A stretch of DNA of 63,611 nt, the filler included, from Craspedostauros australis (lineage: Eukaryota), in NCBI GenBank assembly GCA_030167865.1. It is 11 parts of 11 records of this genome, joined end to end, with 100 filler letters (N's around TTAATTAATTAA, not from the genome) between each part and the next. Parts side by side here need not be neighbours in the genome. Positions count along the whole stretch, not along the records: positions 45,530 to 51,089 come from JALAGF010002823.1; positions 51,190 to 54,315 come from JALAGF010002824.1; positions 54,416 to 56,416 come from JALAGF010002825.1; positions 56,517 to 57,940 come from JALAGF010002826.1; positions 58,041 to 59,757 come from JALAGF010002828.1; positions 59,858 to 61,763 come from JALAGF010002829.1; 5 more parts are not named here. One strand, written 5' to 3'. Below the pieces are notes generated by a model. It saw only the letters and a program-made list of their open reading frames with translations. It made no database searches and had not been told where the DNA came from. Shown piece after piece: positions 49,502-61,863 of this stretch; position 1 is the stretch's first letter, and every line of letters starts with the position of its first letter. The translations under genes were made by a program, and so were the position numbers.

Positions 49502-51564
49502 AGATAAAAGTAAAGCAATCTCTTGCCGTGTGCTCTGTGATACCCTGCTCTTGAACAACTGCGATACTATACATCTCAGGGCATGTATCTACTCGTGAAC
49601 TGCTCATGTCTCCGACAGGGTCCAAGAAAGTCAGCAAAGGCACGAACATTGCAAACGCAATGCAAATGCAAATGACTGTGCTCCATCTTCCGCACTCTTG
49701 GGAGTCTGCGGTACTGCTTCATAGGTGCGAATAGACATGCCCTCCCTTTCCGATGCTCCTGGGATCAGCATCTCTCCCAGAAGGTGATCGCCGGAGGGTG
49801 GAAACTCACTCTCTGGCGAGATCCATTCGGGACAGCACATGACGTGCCAAGTGTGCACTCTTTCGTAGAGTATTCTCCTCTGGAGAGGACTCTGTCTGTT
49901 TGTCTCTCTTTGTGTACGAGTTCGTAGGTATTGGTAGAGAGAGGCGCCTCTCCCGCATTCGATCCTCGTGCAATGAACAGTGGAGTTCTTGACGAGACAC
50001 ACGATTGCACATTCTCGCCAATAGCCATTTTCGGGATGCCATGTTATGCTGGACGCATGGTGCTCGTGCGAGGAGTTTCGCAGTGACCACCATGCATGCA
50101 TGCGTGCAGAGTTCACGCATCGCGAGTCATGAACCAGAGTTGGCGCTGCCATCAAGGAAGCCCAACATCCTCCACACCTCCTTCTCACAGGAAGCAATCC
50201 TCGGGGGGCAGTGGAAAATCGTAAAAGGAGCTCTATCCAAAACCGATTCGTAATTACTAGCAGAATTATTCATCTTTGTTCATCTTTACACTCTAATTCA
50301 TCGTGATTTTGCCATTTTTCTGTTTCGGGATTGCTTTCTACAGCTTTTGTTTTGCTTTGTGTCTGACAGTCGCTGTCTGCGCCTTCCGTGTGGTTCTGGT
50401 CCTCGCAGGTTGGCAGACTCTGTCGTTGTCTTCACCATTCTTCCAGCAGACTTTTGTGCCGTCCGTCAGGCTGCGCTGGTTTGTGGTGGCGTTCATTTTT
50501 TGTCCATCTTTCCTATCGGTTGGCTGGGTCTACGCCTTCGGGCAGACAAATCAATGCCGTCGACTTGCAATCGGTCGCCGCATTTCGAGTTTGATGATGG
50601 CAAGCCAAATCGATCTTCGCTTTCATCGCATCCCATCGTCATCTCTCTGTTCTTCTGTGTATGTAGCACCCTTCTTCGTTCTTGCATTGCTATGATGCTC
50701 GCCCATTTTGGTTCCCTTCATTCATCATCCTGCTCCTCTTCGGTTGCCTTCCATCGATTCACACCATCACCCCCTCAGCCTGTCGATCAGCAGTTCTGTG
50801 AGCCGTCTTCGTTCGTCTCTGTATCCTTCACAGGCATCATAGGTGCGATCTTGTTCCCACACATGCACCCCCATGACAATGTAGTCACCCTTGTGCTAGT
50901 CATCTCGCCACTGTTCCTGCCTCTCCCCTTTTGCTCTGTGTGCGGCTGTCGAGCCCAGCGTGCCATCTGCATGCATCATTCGTTTCTCCTCGCGGTATAC
51001 GACTGCTTGTATCCTCGGTTGCAGCCATTTCTCACAGCAACTCTACTATAGTGTGTACAACGATTCCTACACGAAGATAGCTTCACCAGNNNNNNNNNNN
51101 NNNNNNNNNNNNNNNNNNNNNNNNNNNNNNNNNTTAATTAATTAANNNNNNNNNNNNNNNNNNNNNNNNNNNNNNNNNNNNNNNNNNNNTCTTGGTCAAT
51201 CGTATTCATGCATTTCGAGATTATTCGGTTTGCACCTCTTGGTCAATTTCTATTAGCCTTCTTGTTTTGAATGTAGGTCAATGGTTGGTTGAAGAGGTGT
51301 CTTCTCATATGCAAATATTTCTTTACGATTGAATCTTGACTCATCTGACTTCAGTTTGAGTCTTGACTAATACGACTTCAGTTCGANNNNNNNNNNNNNN
51401 NNNNNNNNNNNNNNNNNNNNNNNNNNNNNNNNNNNNNNNNNNNNNNNNNNNNNGTAGGTGAGACTAACAATGTGATTGCTTGGGTGACATTATTCATGAC
51501 TAGTATCTATTGTGCACAAGTCTAGGTCTTGTGTCACCAATAGTCTATCTAGCCAGCCGTCTAG

Positions 51565-54315
51565 GGCAGGAACGAGAAATATGGTCTCGAATTGCCAAAG
51601 AGCGTCCAATGAGCTCTTGCGATCGACGAGGAGACAGGAACCGACTTCTGGCGCAAAGCGTTAGAGAAAGAGATGAAGAACGTTCGACCAGCATTCGACA
51701 TCAAGACAGAAGACACGAAGCCACCAGTTGGATACACCTACATTGCATGTCACATGATCTTCGATATCAAAGTCGACCTCACACGAAAGGCGCGACTTGT
51801 GGCAGGCGGTCACATGACTGAAGCACCATCCAGCATAACATATGCCAGTGTGGTGACACGCGAAAGCGTGCGAATTGCATTCCTCTTGGCAGCGCTCAAC
51901 GACCTGGATGTGCTTGCGGCAGATGTGATGAGCGCATATCTCAACGCACCATGCCGCGAACGTGTCTACACAACATGTGGACCTGAGTTCGGGGCAGATG
52001 CAGGAAAGGTAGCAGTCATTTGCCGCGCACTCTACGGACTCAAATCAAGCGGCGCTGCCTGGAGGGCGCACCTTGCAGAGACACTGCAGAACTCACTCGG
52101 ATTCACCTCGTGTCGTGCCGACAGCGATGTTTGGATGAAGCCAGCAGTGACGAGCGATGGGTCTGAATACTACGAGTACATCCTCGTGTACACTGATGAC
52201 ATTCTGGCGATCTCCAAAGATCCCAGCGCGATACTCTCACACATTGGTTCTTACTTCTTTCTCAAACCCGCCTCGATCGGTCCACCAACAACATACCTCG
52301 GCTCTACAATCGCTCCGTTCCATCTCACAGCAGAACCGGAGCGGCCAAAGTGGAGCATGGGATCCCAGCGATACGTCCGAGAGGTCACGAAGATGGCACA
52401 GAAATGGCTTGAGGCCCGTGGCGGTAAATTCCGTACCAGCGCGAAAAGCGTGATACCAAACGGTTACCGTCCAGAGCTTGACGCCACCGCCCTTTGTGAT
52501 CCAGAGGAAATGAACTCCTATCAACAGCTGATTGGGATCCTGAGGTGGATCGTCGAGTTGGGGCGGATCGACATATGCTGCGAGACGAGCATGATGTCTT
52601 CATACTGTGCTGCCCCCCGAACAGGACATTTGCGTGTACTCTTTCATATGTTTGCCTATCTCAACTCACATGACCGATCACGTTTGGTGTTCGATGATGC
52701 ATACGTCAAGAAGAACACCATTCCAACACCAGATTGGGCATCATTCTACCCCGACGCACGCGAAATGATACCACATGATATGCCAAAACCAAGAGGCAAA
52801 GAAGTGCAGATGACGTGTTTTGTTGATGCAGATCATGCAGGAGATCAATTTACACGACGATCTCGAACAGGTGTTAGTTAGGATTCGGGCGTAGACGGCG
52901 CGAATCGGTGGAGGATGCCTCTTGGATCTGCCAGCTTCGGGATAGCCGTGTGATGCAGTTCAAGAGAGGTGTACTGATTGAAGAGTTGTTACTGTAACGA
53001 TGAGTAGANNNNNNNNNNNNNNNNNNNNNNNNNNNNNNNNNNNNNNNNNNNNNNNNNNNNNNNNNNNNNNNNNNNNNNNNNNNNNNNNNNNNNNNNNNNN
53101 NNNNNNNNNNNNNNNNNNNNNNNNNNNNGCTTGAGGGTAGATGATCATAACAGTGCCTTGCTCTCCATACATGTAGATACACTGCAGTGTAGATCATGAC
53201 GCATGTTAGTGACAGTCATGAAGCAGTGGCTGTGGCTGGAGCTGACCCTTGGATTCCATTGCTCGAGTTGAAGCAAGTTGGATACACCCGTCAAAACTAC
53301 AGCAGTTGTGCAGTCGTCGTCAGCATGGAGGGAATCGAGGTATGTTGTAGTAAAAGGATCTGAGGAGCATATAGTTCCCAAGGTGGGGTGTGAGTCAGGT
53401 CGGTCATGTTTGAGTCATGATGGATTCGTGAATGGAGGAGAGGAAGGAGGAGAAAAGATTTGGTGGTCAATCAAGTCGGAAGATTTCGCGCCAAAACAAG
53501 AATTTCTCCCATCGGGTTGATACTGTGTCCGGTAATAGTCTGTCCCTCATTGAATCTCAACTGTGTTTTACTTTTCTTGAATTCCTCATCTATCTTATGG
53601 TACAGCAAGAAGCAGAACGGCATTGAGACATCAACATTTGGTTCAGAATTCACCGCACTCAAGGTAGCCATGGAGATTGTGATTGGCATGAGATACAAAC
53701 TACGAATGATGGGTGTACCTTTAGACGGACCGGCTGATATTCGAGTTGATAATCAGAGTGTCGTCTACAACACATCCGCACCCGAATCACAATTGAGAAA
53801 GAAAGCCAGCGCAATTGCATACCACTTCGTTCGTGAGAACGTGGCGGCAGGAGTAGCCGTCATCCAATATGAACCATTGGAGACCAACCTGGCTGACATG
53901 TTGACCAAGCCACAATCAGGACCGCGGAGACGAGAGCAATCACAACACATTCTATTTTGAGTTTGTGAGACTGCGCGACAGTACCCATCGGATGGTCGGC
54001 TGGGGAGTAACTCTCTAGTGGATGGGATGAGCGCCCTGTGGTGTCCAATCGATGAGGACATGCAGCAGGTACATACCGTACGATGAAGAGCACCGAAGAG
54101 ATGAGACAATCTGACGAGCAGCAGAGCCACCGCATATCGAGGGGACCAAACAGAAGCAGACGTAAATACCTGTTATTTGAGCGTTAGACTGGGCACTTGC
54201 AGCTGAATCATATGCAGCAGAATAGAGACCATGTTAGAACGTAATCGTAGATGGGTTTGAAGGATACCGCACCGAGAACGTAGAGTGATCAAGTCGTTGT
54301 TGTTGGTGAGGAGAG
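51565..54315 (+). mobile_element. Ty1/Copia (CoDi-like) retrotransposon, RT-RNase H and 3' region, inactivated
   Basis: KYGLELPKSVQ*ALAID (TGA 51610-51612), RKARLVAGGH, ALYGLKSSGAAW, LVYTDD, CFVDADHAGD..RRSRTG; RNase H resumes at 53568 with WYSKKQNGIETSTFGSEF...NLADMLTK; stop at 53960. Confidence 0.93.
52876..53562. mobile_element. Nested non-coding insertion (solo-LTR-like or non-autonomous element) with AGTT...AACT termini
   Basis: GTGTT duplicated at 52871-52875 and 53563-53567; ends AGTTAGGATTC and GAATCTCAACT; excision restores SRTGV-LLFLNS. Confidence 0.88.
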
Positions 54316-54415
54316 NNNNNNNNNNNNNNNNNNNNNNNNNNNNNNNNNNNNNNNNNNNNTTAATTAATTAANNNNNNNNNNNNNNNNNNNNNNNNNNNNN
54401 NNNNNNNNNNNNNNN

Positions 54416-54891
54416 GAAACTAGTGCTTGCGCCGCGGCGTGCCCCACAGTTCCGGTGTCAATCGCACGGCTGTTGTTCGTGTCGAACTTGACTGGACAAT
54501 CATGGTACAGGATGAGCTCCGGCACCAGGTTGGAGTCCCTCTCGTTGAAGGCGCGGGTGGCAATCACCGACGACACCAGCTGGTTGTAGCCTGGGTTGTC
54601 TTCACCTTGTGCATTGAAGAATGGCCTTGCCGCCACCTTTGTGTTGTTGTTGGTGTTGATCGTGGTGAACGGCATGAAGCTGTAGATGGAGCACTTGTAG
54701 TCGTTCGCGGATGATATTCTCGTGGGTGCTTGCTTCGTGGTGGATGCCTCAACATCCAGTGCTTGCGCGAATGGCCATGAACCGTATCGATGCAGAGCAC
54801 GTGGCTTCTCATCCGCAAGCAACATCACCGCGATCACGGCGATTGTGCAGGCAAATCTTCGCATCGCCATCGTCGACTTCTTCATCTGCAT
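54416..54891 (-). CDS. 5' end of the class C GPCR-like gene on a mis-oriented contig
   Basis: 54416-54873 is the reverse complement of 56517-56974; this copy supplies the start (MQMKKSTMAMRRF...) and upstream DNA. Confidence 0.8.
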
Positions 54892-56516
54892 GCGGTTCCG
54901 GTTCTTGCTGCTGGCCTCGCCCCTTGTCGTCGCGGTGTTGGTTCCCGCAAGTGATGATGCTCGTGATGACGATCAGGATGATGGAAGCGATGGCAGTGTT
55001 CTGTGGAGTGGTGGGTGCGAAAGACAGTGAATGATCTTTGAGCAATGGCTTTGAACGTCGTTTGTGGATGATGGTTGGCACGTTCTGTACGTACTCCAGT
55101 GCATGAATGGCGCGAGCAAGAGCAGTGCTGCTGTTCGCATGAATGACAGTACGCCTCCTCTTTGAGGAGGCGTTGTGCCATGCGCCCATGGAGGGGTGTT
55201 CGTTCTTCCATAGCATTCGCATAGCGTAGTCGCAGTGATCGAGCCAAGAGAGATACGAGTACGAACCGTTGCTCGTTGGGGAGAAGACACAACTATTGTT
55301 ATCGTTAGGCATTTTCTGCGATGTGCAGGACGTATGTTACCAAGCGATACGTATTATACTATGCGTGCGTTAGCTGCCACCAAGCACGCAATAGCGCTCA
55401 GCATCAGTGTCAGCCCCCAAGCATGTGACCAATCGATCCCCTTGCAGTGGCGAGATGCGGTGCATATGCGTACTATAATAGTAAATACGAATACCATCCA
55501 TTGATGGACAGCTTCGCCAGAGGCTTATTCCCGGCCTCAGCAATTGGACCTCACCCTGGAAAGGCACCGAAGACTCTGCAGGCAGCCAGCCAGCCCTAAT
55601 GGACATCCATCACTGCTTCATTTCCCACTCTGAGGTCGCACAGAAGCGAAAGCGCTCCCGCAGAAATGATCGCCTGACATGCACCTCCTTGGACCCACGA
55701 GCACACAGGAGCTCCAGCCACGACGATCGTATCCTGAATCGGTGTTCACTCAAACATCCACTGCAGATCGAGCCACACTTGGAAAGTACGATCACTCTCT
55801 GAGCCATACCCAGTGCTGCCTTGCTACCTCATCCCCTGAATGGGCAAAATCGCAATCATGCCAAAGGCGCCCAGGCAGACAAGTGCGCACGAACAGAGTC
55901 GGCCTCAACCCGAGATTTTCCGACACACGCGCGTGCATGATTGACGCGCTGCCGCTGCCACACTGTCAAGTTTGACCCTTATCCCATCAAACAGGTATCT
56001 TTGGCAGCCAATGCTGCACAGAACAGCCGGACAGTACTCACAAGCTTCCTCTCATGCATCTCCGACTGCTCCATAGAGTAAATACAATAGGCAATACTGT
56101 CTCGAGCGCAAAGTTACAATACTGTGGAGCATGTTGGAACATGACGAATATTCAGATTCGTGTATGACCCGGTAGGGGTCACAGTTGCGCAAATGACTGC
56201 TCACACATATTTGTTTGTCCAGAACTCCTTCTCACGATCAAATGTTCCAAACCCGAAAACGGAAATTTACAGCAGAATCCTCGAATATGACGAAAGAATC
56301 TCGGAATCTTCAGAAACAAATAATCTACGAGCCGAGAGGAATCTAACGTCAGCGGGAACGTGAGGAGCAGAGCATGAACGTCAGCAGAGGAGCAAGACCA
56401 GATATATATGGATGAGNNNNNNNNNNNNNNNNNNNNNNNNNNNNNNNNNNNNNNNNNNNNTTAATTAATTAANNNNNNNNNNNNNNNNNNNNNNNNNNNN
56501 NNNNNNNNNNNNNNNN

Positions 56517-57940
56517 ACGATGGCGATGCGAAGATTTGCCTGCACAATCGCCGTGATCGCGGTGATGTTGCTTGCGGATGAGAAGCCACGTGCTCTGCAT
56601 CGATACGGTTCATGGCCATTCGCGCAAGCACTGGATGTTGAGGCATCCACCACGAAGCAAGCACCCACGAGAATATCATCCGCGAACGACTACAAGTGCT
56701 CCATCTACAGCTTCATGCCGTTCACCACGATCAACACCAACAACAACACAAAGGTGGCGGCAAGGCCATTCTTCAATGCACAAGGTGAAGACAACCCAGG
56801 CTACAACCAGCTGGTGTCGTCGGTGATTGCCACCCGCGCCTTCAACGAGAGGGACTCCAACCTGGTGCCGGAGCTCATCCTGTACCATGATTGTCCAGTC
56901 AAGTTCGACACGAACAACAGCCGTGCGATTGACACCGGAACTGTGGGGCACGCCGCGGCGCAAGCACTAGTTTCTAGTGGCCGAGACTTTCCATGTGGTT
57001 TGGTCGGTCCCTACAATGACGGGCCCGCCTTGGAGCTGCAGTCGATAGCAACCTCTGCCCAGATCCCGCAAGTCGTGTCCCGCGCGTACAACGAGGGCGT
57101 GGCGTCCCAGGAGAAGGGACCCTTCACCTCCATGGTCATGCCGGACGTTTACGCTTCGCTCGATGTGCTCATGTCCTTCCTGGAGCATTGGAATAGGACA
57201 GACTTCATCAGCCTGGTGCACAGCCTCACCGAGTCGGGAACGCAACGTCGGGAGATCTTCACGCTGGCACTCGATCAGGATGAACTGTCGACGAAGCAGG
57301 ACACGAAGCCTCGCGAAAAGGTGTCCTGGAATGCCTTCGGGTACTCGAGTGGCGTCAAAACACGAGAGGTCGTCGATGCCTTGAGAGAGGTAAAGGAGAG
57401 TGGCTACCGCACGATCGTCGTCGCCATGAGTAACACGCTGTCGGGAGAGATGGAAGAGATTGCAGACGCAGCAGAATTGTTGGGGATGAACAATCGCAAT
57501 GCCATCGAGAATGGAGAGACACAGTACTTTTGGGTCTTCTGGGGCGATCTCGGGCCTGACAACTTCTTCGATACCACCGACAACGTCAACCAACTGCTGG
57601 TGGGCGGCACCTGGTTCTTCCCAGCCGTTTCCGAAGACGCCACCTTTAGTCTAAGATGGCGTGGGTATGACGGCGACAAAACTGCAGCGCTCGATATCAT
57701 CAACGAGGCCAATCGCAATAATCCGATCCAGGACCCCAACGAACCTGGGTACTTCATGGGTGACGAAAATTACTTTGCCACCAACGAACCAGAACTCGGT
57801 GGCTCATTGCTCTTTGATGCCACCATATCACTTGGCATGGGAGGATGCTTGGCATACTACGAGGAGGCCAATTTGATGCCTCAGTTTGAACAGCGAGTTG
57901 AAGAGTACACCAACTATATCTCAGACTTCTTCTTGAACAA
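56517..57940 (+). CDS. Periplasmic-binding-protein type I (Venus flytrap/ANF_receptor-like) ectodomain, probably of a GABA-B-like class C GPCR; 3'-truncated
   Basis: Signal-like N-terminus; PCGLVGPYNDGPALELQSIATSAQIPQVVS..GPFTSMVMPD; ALREVKESGYRTIVVA; LLFDATISLGMG. The 7TM part is not in the window. Confidence 0.72.
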
Positions 57941-58063
57941 NNNNNNNNNNNNNNNNNNNNNNNNNNNNNNNNNNNNNNNNNNNNTTAATTAATTAANNNN
58001 NNNNNNNNNNNNNNNNNNNNNNNNNNNNNNNNNNNNNNNNATGATGACGACGATTGTGATGTG

Positions 58064-58521
58064 TGTCAAGCCAACGGGGGAACTTCTGTCGCACACGATT
58101 TGCGTCATCGTGGATCCAAGACAACATCAGACCAAAATTGGATACATGTACCAAACACAAGGTAACCAATTCAGATACCTTGAGTATCTCTGTATGAGTC
58201 GATACCATCGGACGAAACCGAACACGCGGAAACTTCATGTCTTTTTACACGCGTCTACGGTTTGGACAGACGGTCAGACGAACCAATCCTGCATACAATC
58301 TTGGCAACGTGGCCACANNNNNNNNNNNNNNNNNNNNNNNNNNNNNNNNNNNNNNNNNNCAACTTTCTCTGTACCTTCTTACCTCTTTACTAATCATATT
58401 AGTCACAAATACTGGTCGGGGGTTTGTCTTCGGACAACTCACAAATAAAGAACAAGAGCTCCGACCAGGGCATGCAACAACGGGCCAATACGTCTACAGT
58501 AGTTACTTGTGCACTTTGACA
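58064..58521 (+). mobile_element. 5' LTR of a Copia element
   Basis: TGTCAA...TTGACA perfect 6-bp terminal inverted repeat, directly followed by a PBS-like sequence and a gag-like ATG at 58575; only one LTR copy is visible. Confidence 0.75.
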
Positions 58522-58535
58522 GATTAAGAGTCGTG
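58522..58535 (+). promoter_or_regulatory. Primer-binding site complementary to the anticodon arm of tRNA-Lys(CUU)
   Basis: GATTAAGAGTCGTG; the reverse complement CACGA-CT-CTT-AA-TC reads as 5' stem, 7-nt loop with CTT anticodon and the start of the 3' stem. Confidence 0.7.
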
Positions 58536-58574
58536 ATCTACCATCAAGCTTATCACATTACAATACCAACCACC

Positions 58575-59757
58575 ATGGCAAGACCAATCAACAACCGTAC
58601 CTGGACAACCGTTATCAAGGAGCTCATTGAGCTTGAAGACGATGACATGGAGTTCATCCGCAAGAAGCTTGGCAGGATCGAACGCGCCATCCAGAGTCCG
58701 GAGAAGAACATCATCCAGGTGCTGTCTCTTTCGCCAACACTCACCTCAATCAACATTGAGAACATCCTCCACATCTTTGCCTTCGCCAAGGAGCGCCAGG
58801 TTGATCAAGCTACCAACTGGGATGCAATTGACAAGTTCATCAAGTCCTCTGGGTACACAGTGCCCTCCATCAAGACTCCCGTCACGCTCAAAGCCATCCA
58901 GCTCCAATTGGAGGCGGATATGAAGGCAGCAAGCCGCAAACTCACTGAGGCTGCAAGCCGTGAGGTCGTGGTACATTCGCCACGGCGCCAGCTGGACCTG
59001 CAACAATCGCCATCTACACCATCTGGCTAGCAATACGATAAGATCACCATGCTGGAGGCTGAGACATTCAGCGGACTCAACATCGAGTGGTGCCAGTGGA
59101 AGACGGACTTCATGCGACAACTGGTCACCACCAGATATGCAGACTACATGGAAGCGGAGAAGCCGGCACACTACAGCACATCAGTGGACGCTCAGTTCTA
59201 CACAGTGCTCAGGTCCAAGACCTGCAAGGGAGACGTGCAGTACATTGTCACAGCAGAGGAGCCCAGCGGCCACGCCGCCTTCCAATCTCTCATTCGCATC
59301 TACGAGTCCGCCAAGAATCAGGCCGGCATCGTGGCAGAGGAGGAGGNNNNNNNNNNNNNNNNNNNNNNNNNNNNNNNNNNNNNNNNNNNNNNNNNNNNNN
59401 NNNNNNNNNNNNNNNNNNNNNNNNNNNNNNNNNNNNNNNNNNNNNNNNNNNNNNNNNNNNNNNNNNNNNNNNNNNNNNNNNNNNNNNNNNNNNNNNNNNN
59501 NNNNNNNNNNNNNNNNNNNNNNNNNNNNNNNNNNNNNNNNNNNNNNNNNNNNNNNNNNNNNNNNNNCATGCGCCATGACAAGATCCTCGCCAACGCCGAC
59601 CTCGACAAGTCCCCAGGACGCAGCCGACGCATGCACCAGAAGGACAGTCGTCCCGACCGCAAGCGATCATTCAACAAGACATCCGGTGACCGCAAGAAGT
59701 CCTCTCATTATCGTCTGCCGGATGTGGTATTCCAAAGCCTCCCTCCCGCAGCACAAG
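58575..59757 (+). mobile_element. gag-like ORF of the Copia element with in-frame TAG at 59028-59030 and an N gap
   Basis: Position after LTR and PBS; TFSGLNIEWCQWKTDF...SGHAAFQSLIRIYE resembles Copia gag; ORFs 58509 and 59049 share a frame. Confidence 0.65.
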
Positions 59758-59857
59758 NNNNNNNNNNNNNNNNNNNNNNNNNNNNNNNNNNNNNNNNNNN
59801 NTTAATTAATTAANNNNNNNNNNNNNNNNNNNNNNNNNNNNNNNNNNNNNNNNNNNN

Positions 59858-61763
59858 TACACCCGTTGAGTCCTGCGTTGCGTGTGGTGATTCGGAGTTA
59901 CACGCAGCCGCTGCCACGTGCTCATCCACACCTCATCGTTTCGTGCGGTCACTGGAGATGACGAGTGAGCCTTTCGGTTTTCCGTTCGCGCAGGACATTG
60001 AGGTGAATGGATCCGATCCATGTGCTGGGTTGGTGCTGGTGCCCGACGATGCTCGAGGGCGACTGCAGCTGCAAACNTGCAAGCCTGGCACTCCGGCCGC
60101 TCGCATTCCCCGGTGGCGATCGCGTCTTCGGTCTGCACATCTGCTTACCCTGGATGGCGACGACGTGTTGCGTGGTGATGATGTCGTCCGCATTGTTTCG
60201 AAAGCGCGGCAGCGTCAGACGAATCCAATCGTCGCCATCTTCGCTTTTGATGAGGCGCGCAATGCTCTTTCCCAACAAGGTGTTCCGCAGCTCTACTTCA
60301 ACCAGCTTCGACATGTGAAGGACGTCATCCGGCAGATATCGCCACGCGCTCGCGCCGTTGCTGCTGCACCCAAACTCACACGGCGCAAGTTGCTGTTGGG
60401 CGATGACTGGGATGAGTGGCAAGCTGCGGAGTTCAAGCAGATGGAGCAATACCACCATCAAGGGATGTTCGGTGATCCAGTGGAGCCTCCGTCCGGCGCA
60501 GCTGTGTTCAACTGGGTCTGGGTGTATGTCGTGAAAGCCCACGAGAACAATCGCAAGAAGGCCCGCGCGGTGTGTGATGGTTCCACCCGAGGAGGCAACG
60601 TCCGTGTATTTGGTCACACGTATGCTGCCACGCCCGATCTCACCGAGTTCCGCATTCTTGTGGCCATCGCCGCTGTCCAGCACCTACTCATCTTTGGAGC
60701 TGATGTTGCCAATGCATTTGCTGAAGCTCCAGCCAGCGCCCAGCGGTACTACATGAAGGTGGACGATCAGTTCCGTTCGTGGTGGGAACACAAACATGAT
60801 GCTACCATTCCGCGTGACCATGTTGTGCCTGTCCTCAAGAACCTCCAAGGTCACCCTGAGGCGCCTCGGCAGTGGAGCATTCATGTCAATGGAATCATGC
60901 GCCACATGGGCCTGACGTCAACCACCCACGCTCCATGTCTCTACACTGGGGTCGTTCAGAGCGAGCGCGTCTACATTTTGCGGCAAGTCGACGATTTCGC
61001 AGTGGCCACCGCCCGACAGAGCACCTACATCGCGTTCTGCGATTTACTCGACAAGCAGCTCAACCAACCGATCACTCGACATGGGCTCTTCTCGCACTAC
61101 AATGGGCTTGATCTCACACAAGGAAGGTCGCATGTGACGATACACTGTACTACGTATTTGAACAAGGTACTGCAGAAGCATGGTTGGAAAGATCTACAGT
61201 TGTCACAGCGACTTCCCATGCGTGCTGACAATGGTTACATCAAGCAACTGGACAATGCTGAGGTCCCGGCTACTGACAGTGAGCGGCAGCAACTGCAGTC
61301 AACATTTTTCAATTATCGACAGGCCATCGGCGAGCTGATTTGGGCCATGGTGTCTTGCCGTCCCGACATTTCGTTCCCAGTGGTGAAGCTCAGCCAGTTC
61401 TCTATCAACCCGGCCAAGCTCCATTATGAGGCAGTCAAGTACCTTTTCCGCTACATCGCTGCCATGCGAGAGCTTGGGATCACCTACTGGCGACCATTGC
61501 CACTGCTTGACCTTCCTGATGTCCCGGTGCCCGTACCTCTTTCACCACCTGAGGACGTTTCACATGACGTGGGTGGTCACACGACGGTCCGTTTCTCCAC
61601 AGTCTATGGATACGTGGATGCTGACTGGGGATCCGATATTCGACATCGGTGCTCTGTCACTGGCATTGTGTTCATGTTTGGCGGCGCTGCCGTCGCATGG
61701 AAGACCAGAGTCCAGCCAACCGTGTCCCTCAGCAGCTCCGAAGCCGAATTTGTTGCTGCCAGC
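59858..61763 (+). mobile_element. Ty1/Copia pol fragment (RT and start of RNase H) of a second lineage, frame open across the contig
   Basis: RKKARAVCDGS, ADVANAF, NLQGHPEAPRQW, LRQVDDF, YRQAIGELIW, YGYVDADWG, WKTRVQPTVSLSSSEAEF. Confidence 0.93.
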
Positions 61764-61863
61764 NNNNNNNNNNNNNNNNNNNNNNNNNNNNNNNNNNNNN
61801 NNNNNNNTTAATTAATTAANNNNNNNNNNNNNNNNNNNNNNNNNNNNNNNNNNNNNNNNNNNN

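Noticed and set aside
48200..51089. Several 100-230 aa ORFs, including hydrophobic ones at 50303-51051
   Set aside because: No motifs or consistent coding frame; hydrophobicity follows T-rich composition.
54100..54160. CTGACGAG resembling a hammerhead ribozyme core
   Set aside because: No properly placed GAAA or supporting stems found.
54416..56974. Inverted duplication of the GPCR-like 5' end, resembling a promoter inversion switch
   Set aside because: Both copies end at linkers and flipping the contig gives one ordinary gene; assembly artefact unless long reads show otherwise.
58064..61763. Treating the LTR-gag contig and the pol contig as one element
   Set aside because: Plausible, but they are separated by a linker and protease/integrase are missing, so it cannot be supported here.
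12659..61863. Regularly recurring TTAATTAATTAA palindrome that could be read as a repeat array or recombination site
   Set aside because: Always centred in exactly 88 Ns; it is a synthetic six-frame-stop contig spacer.
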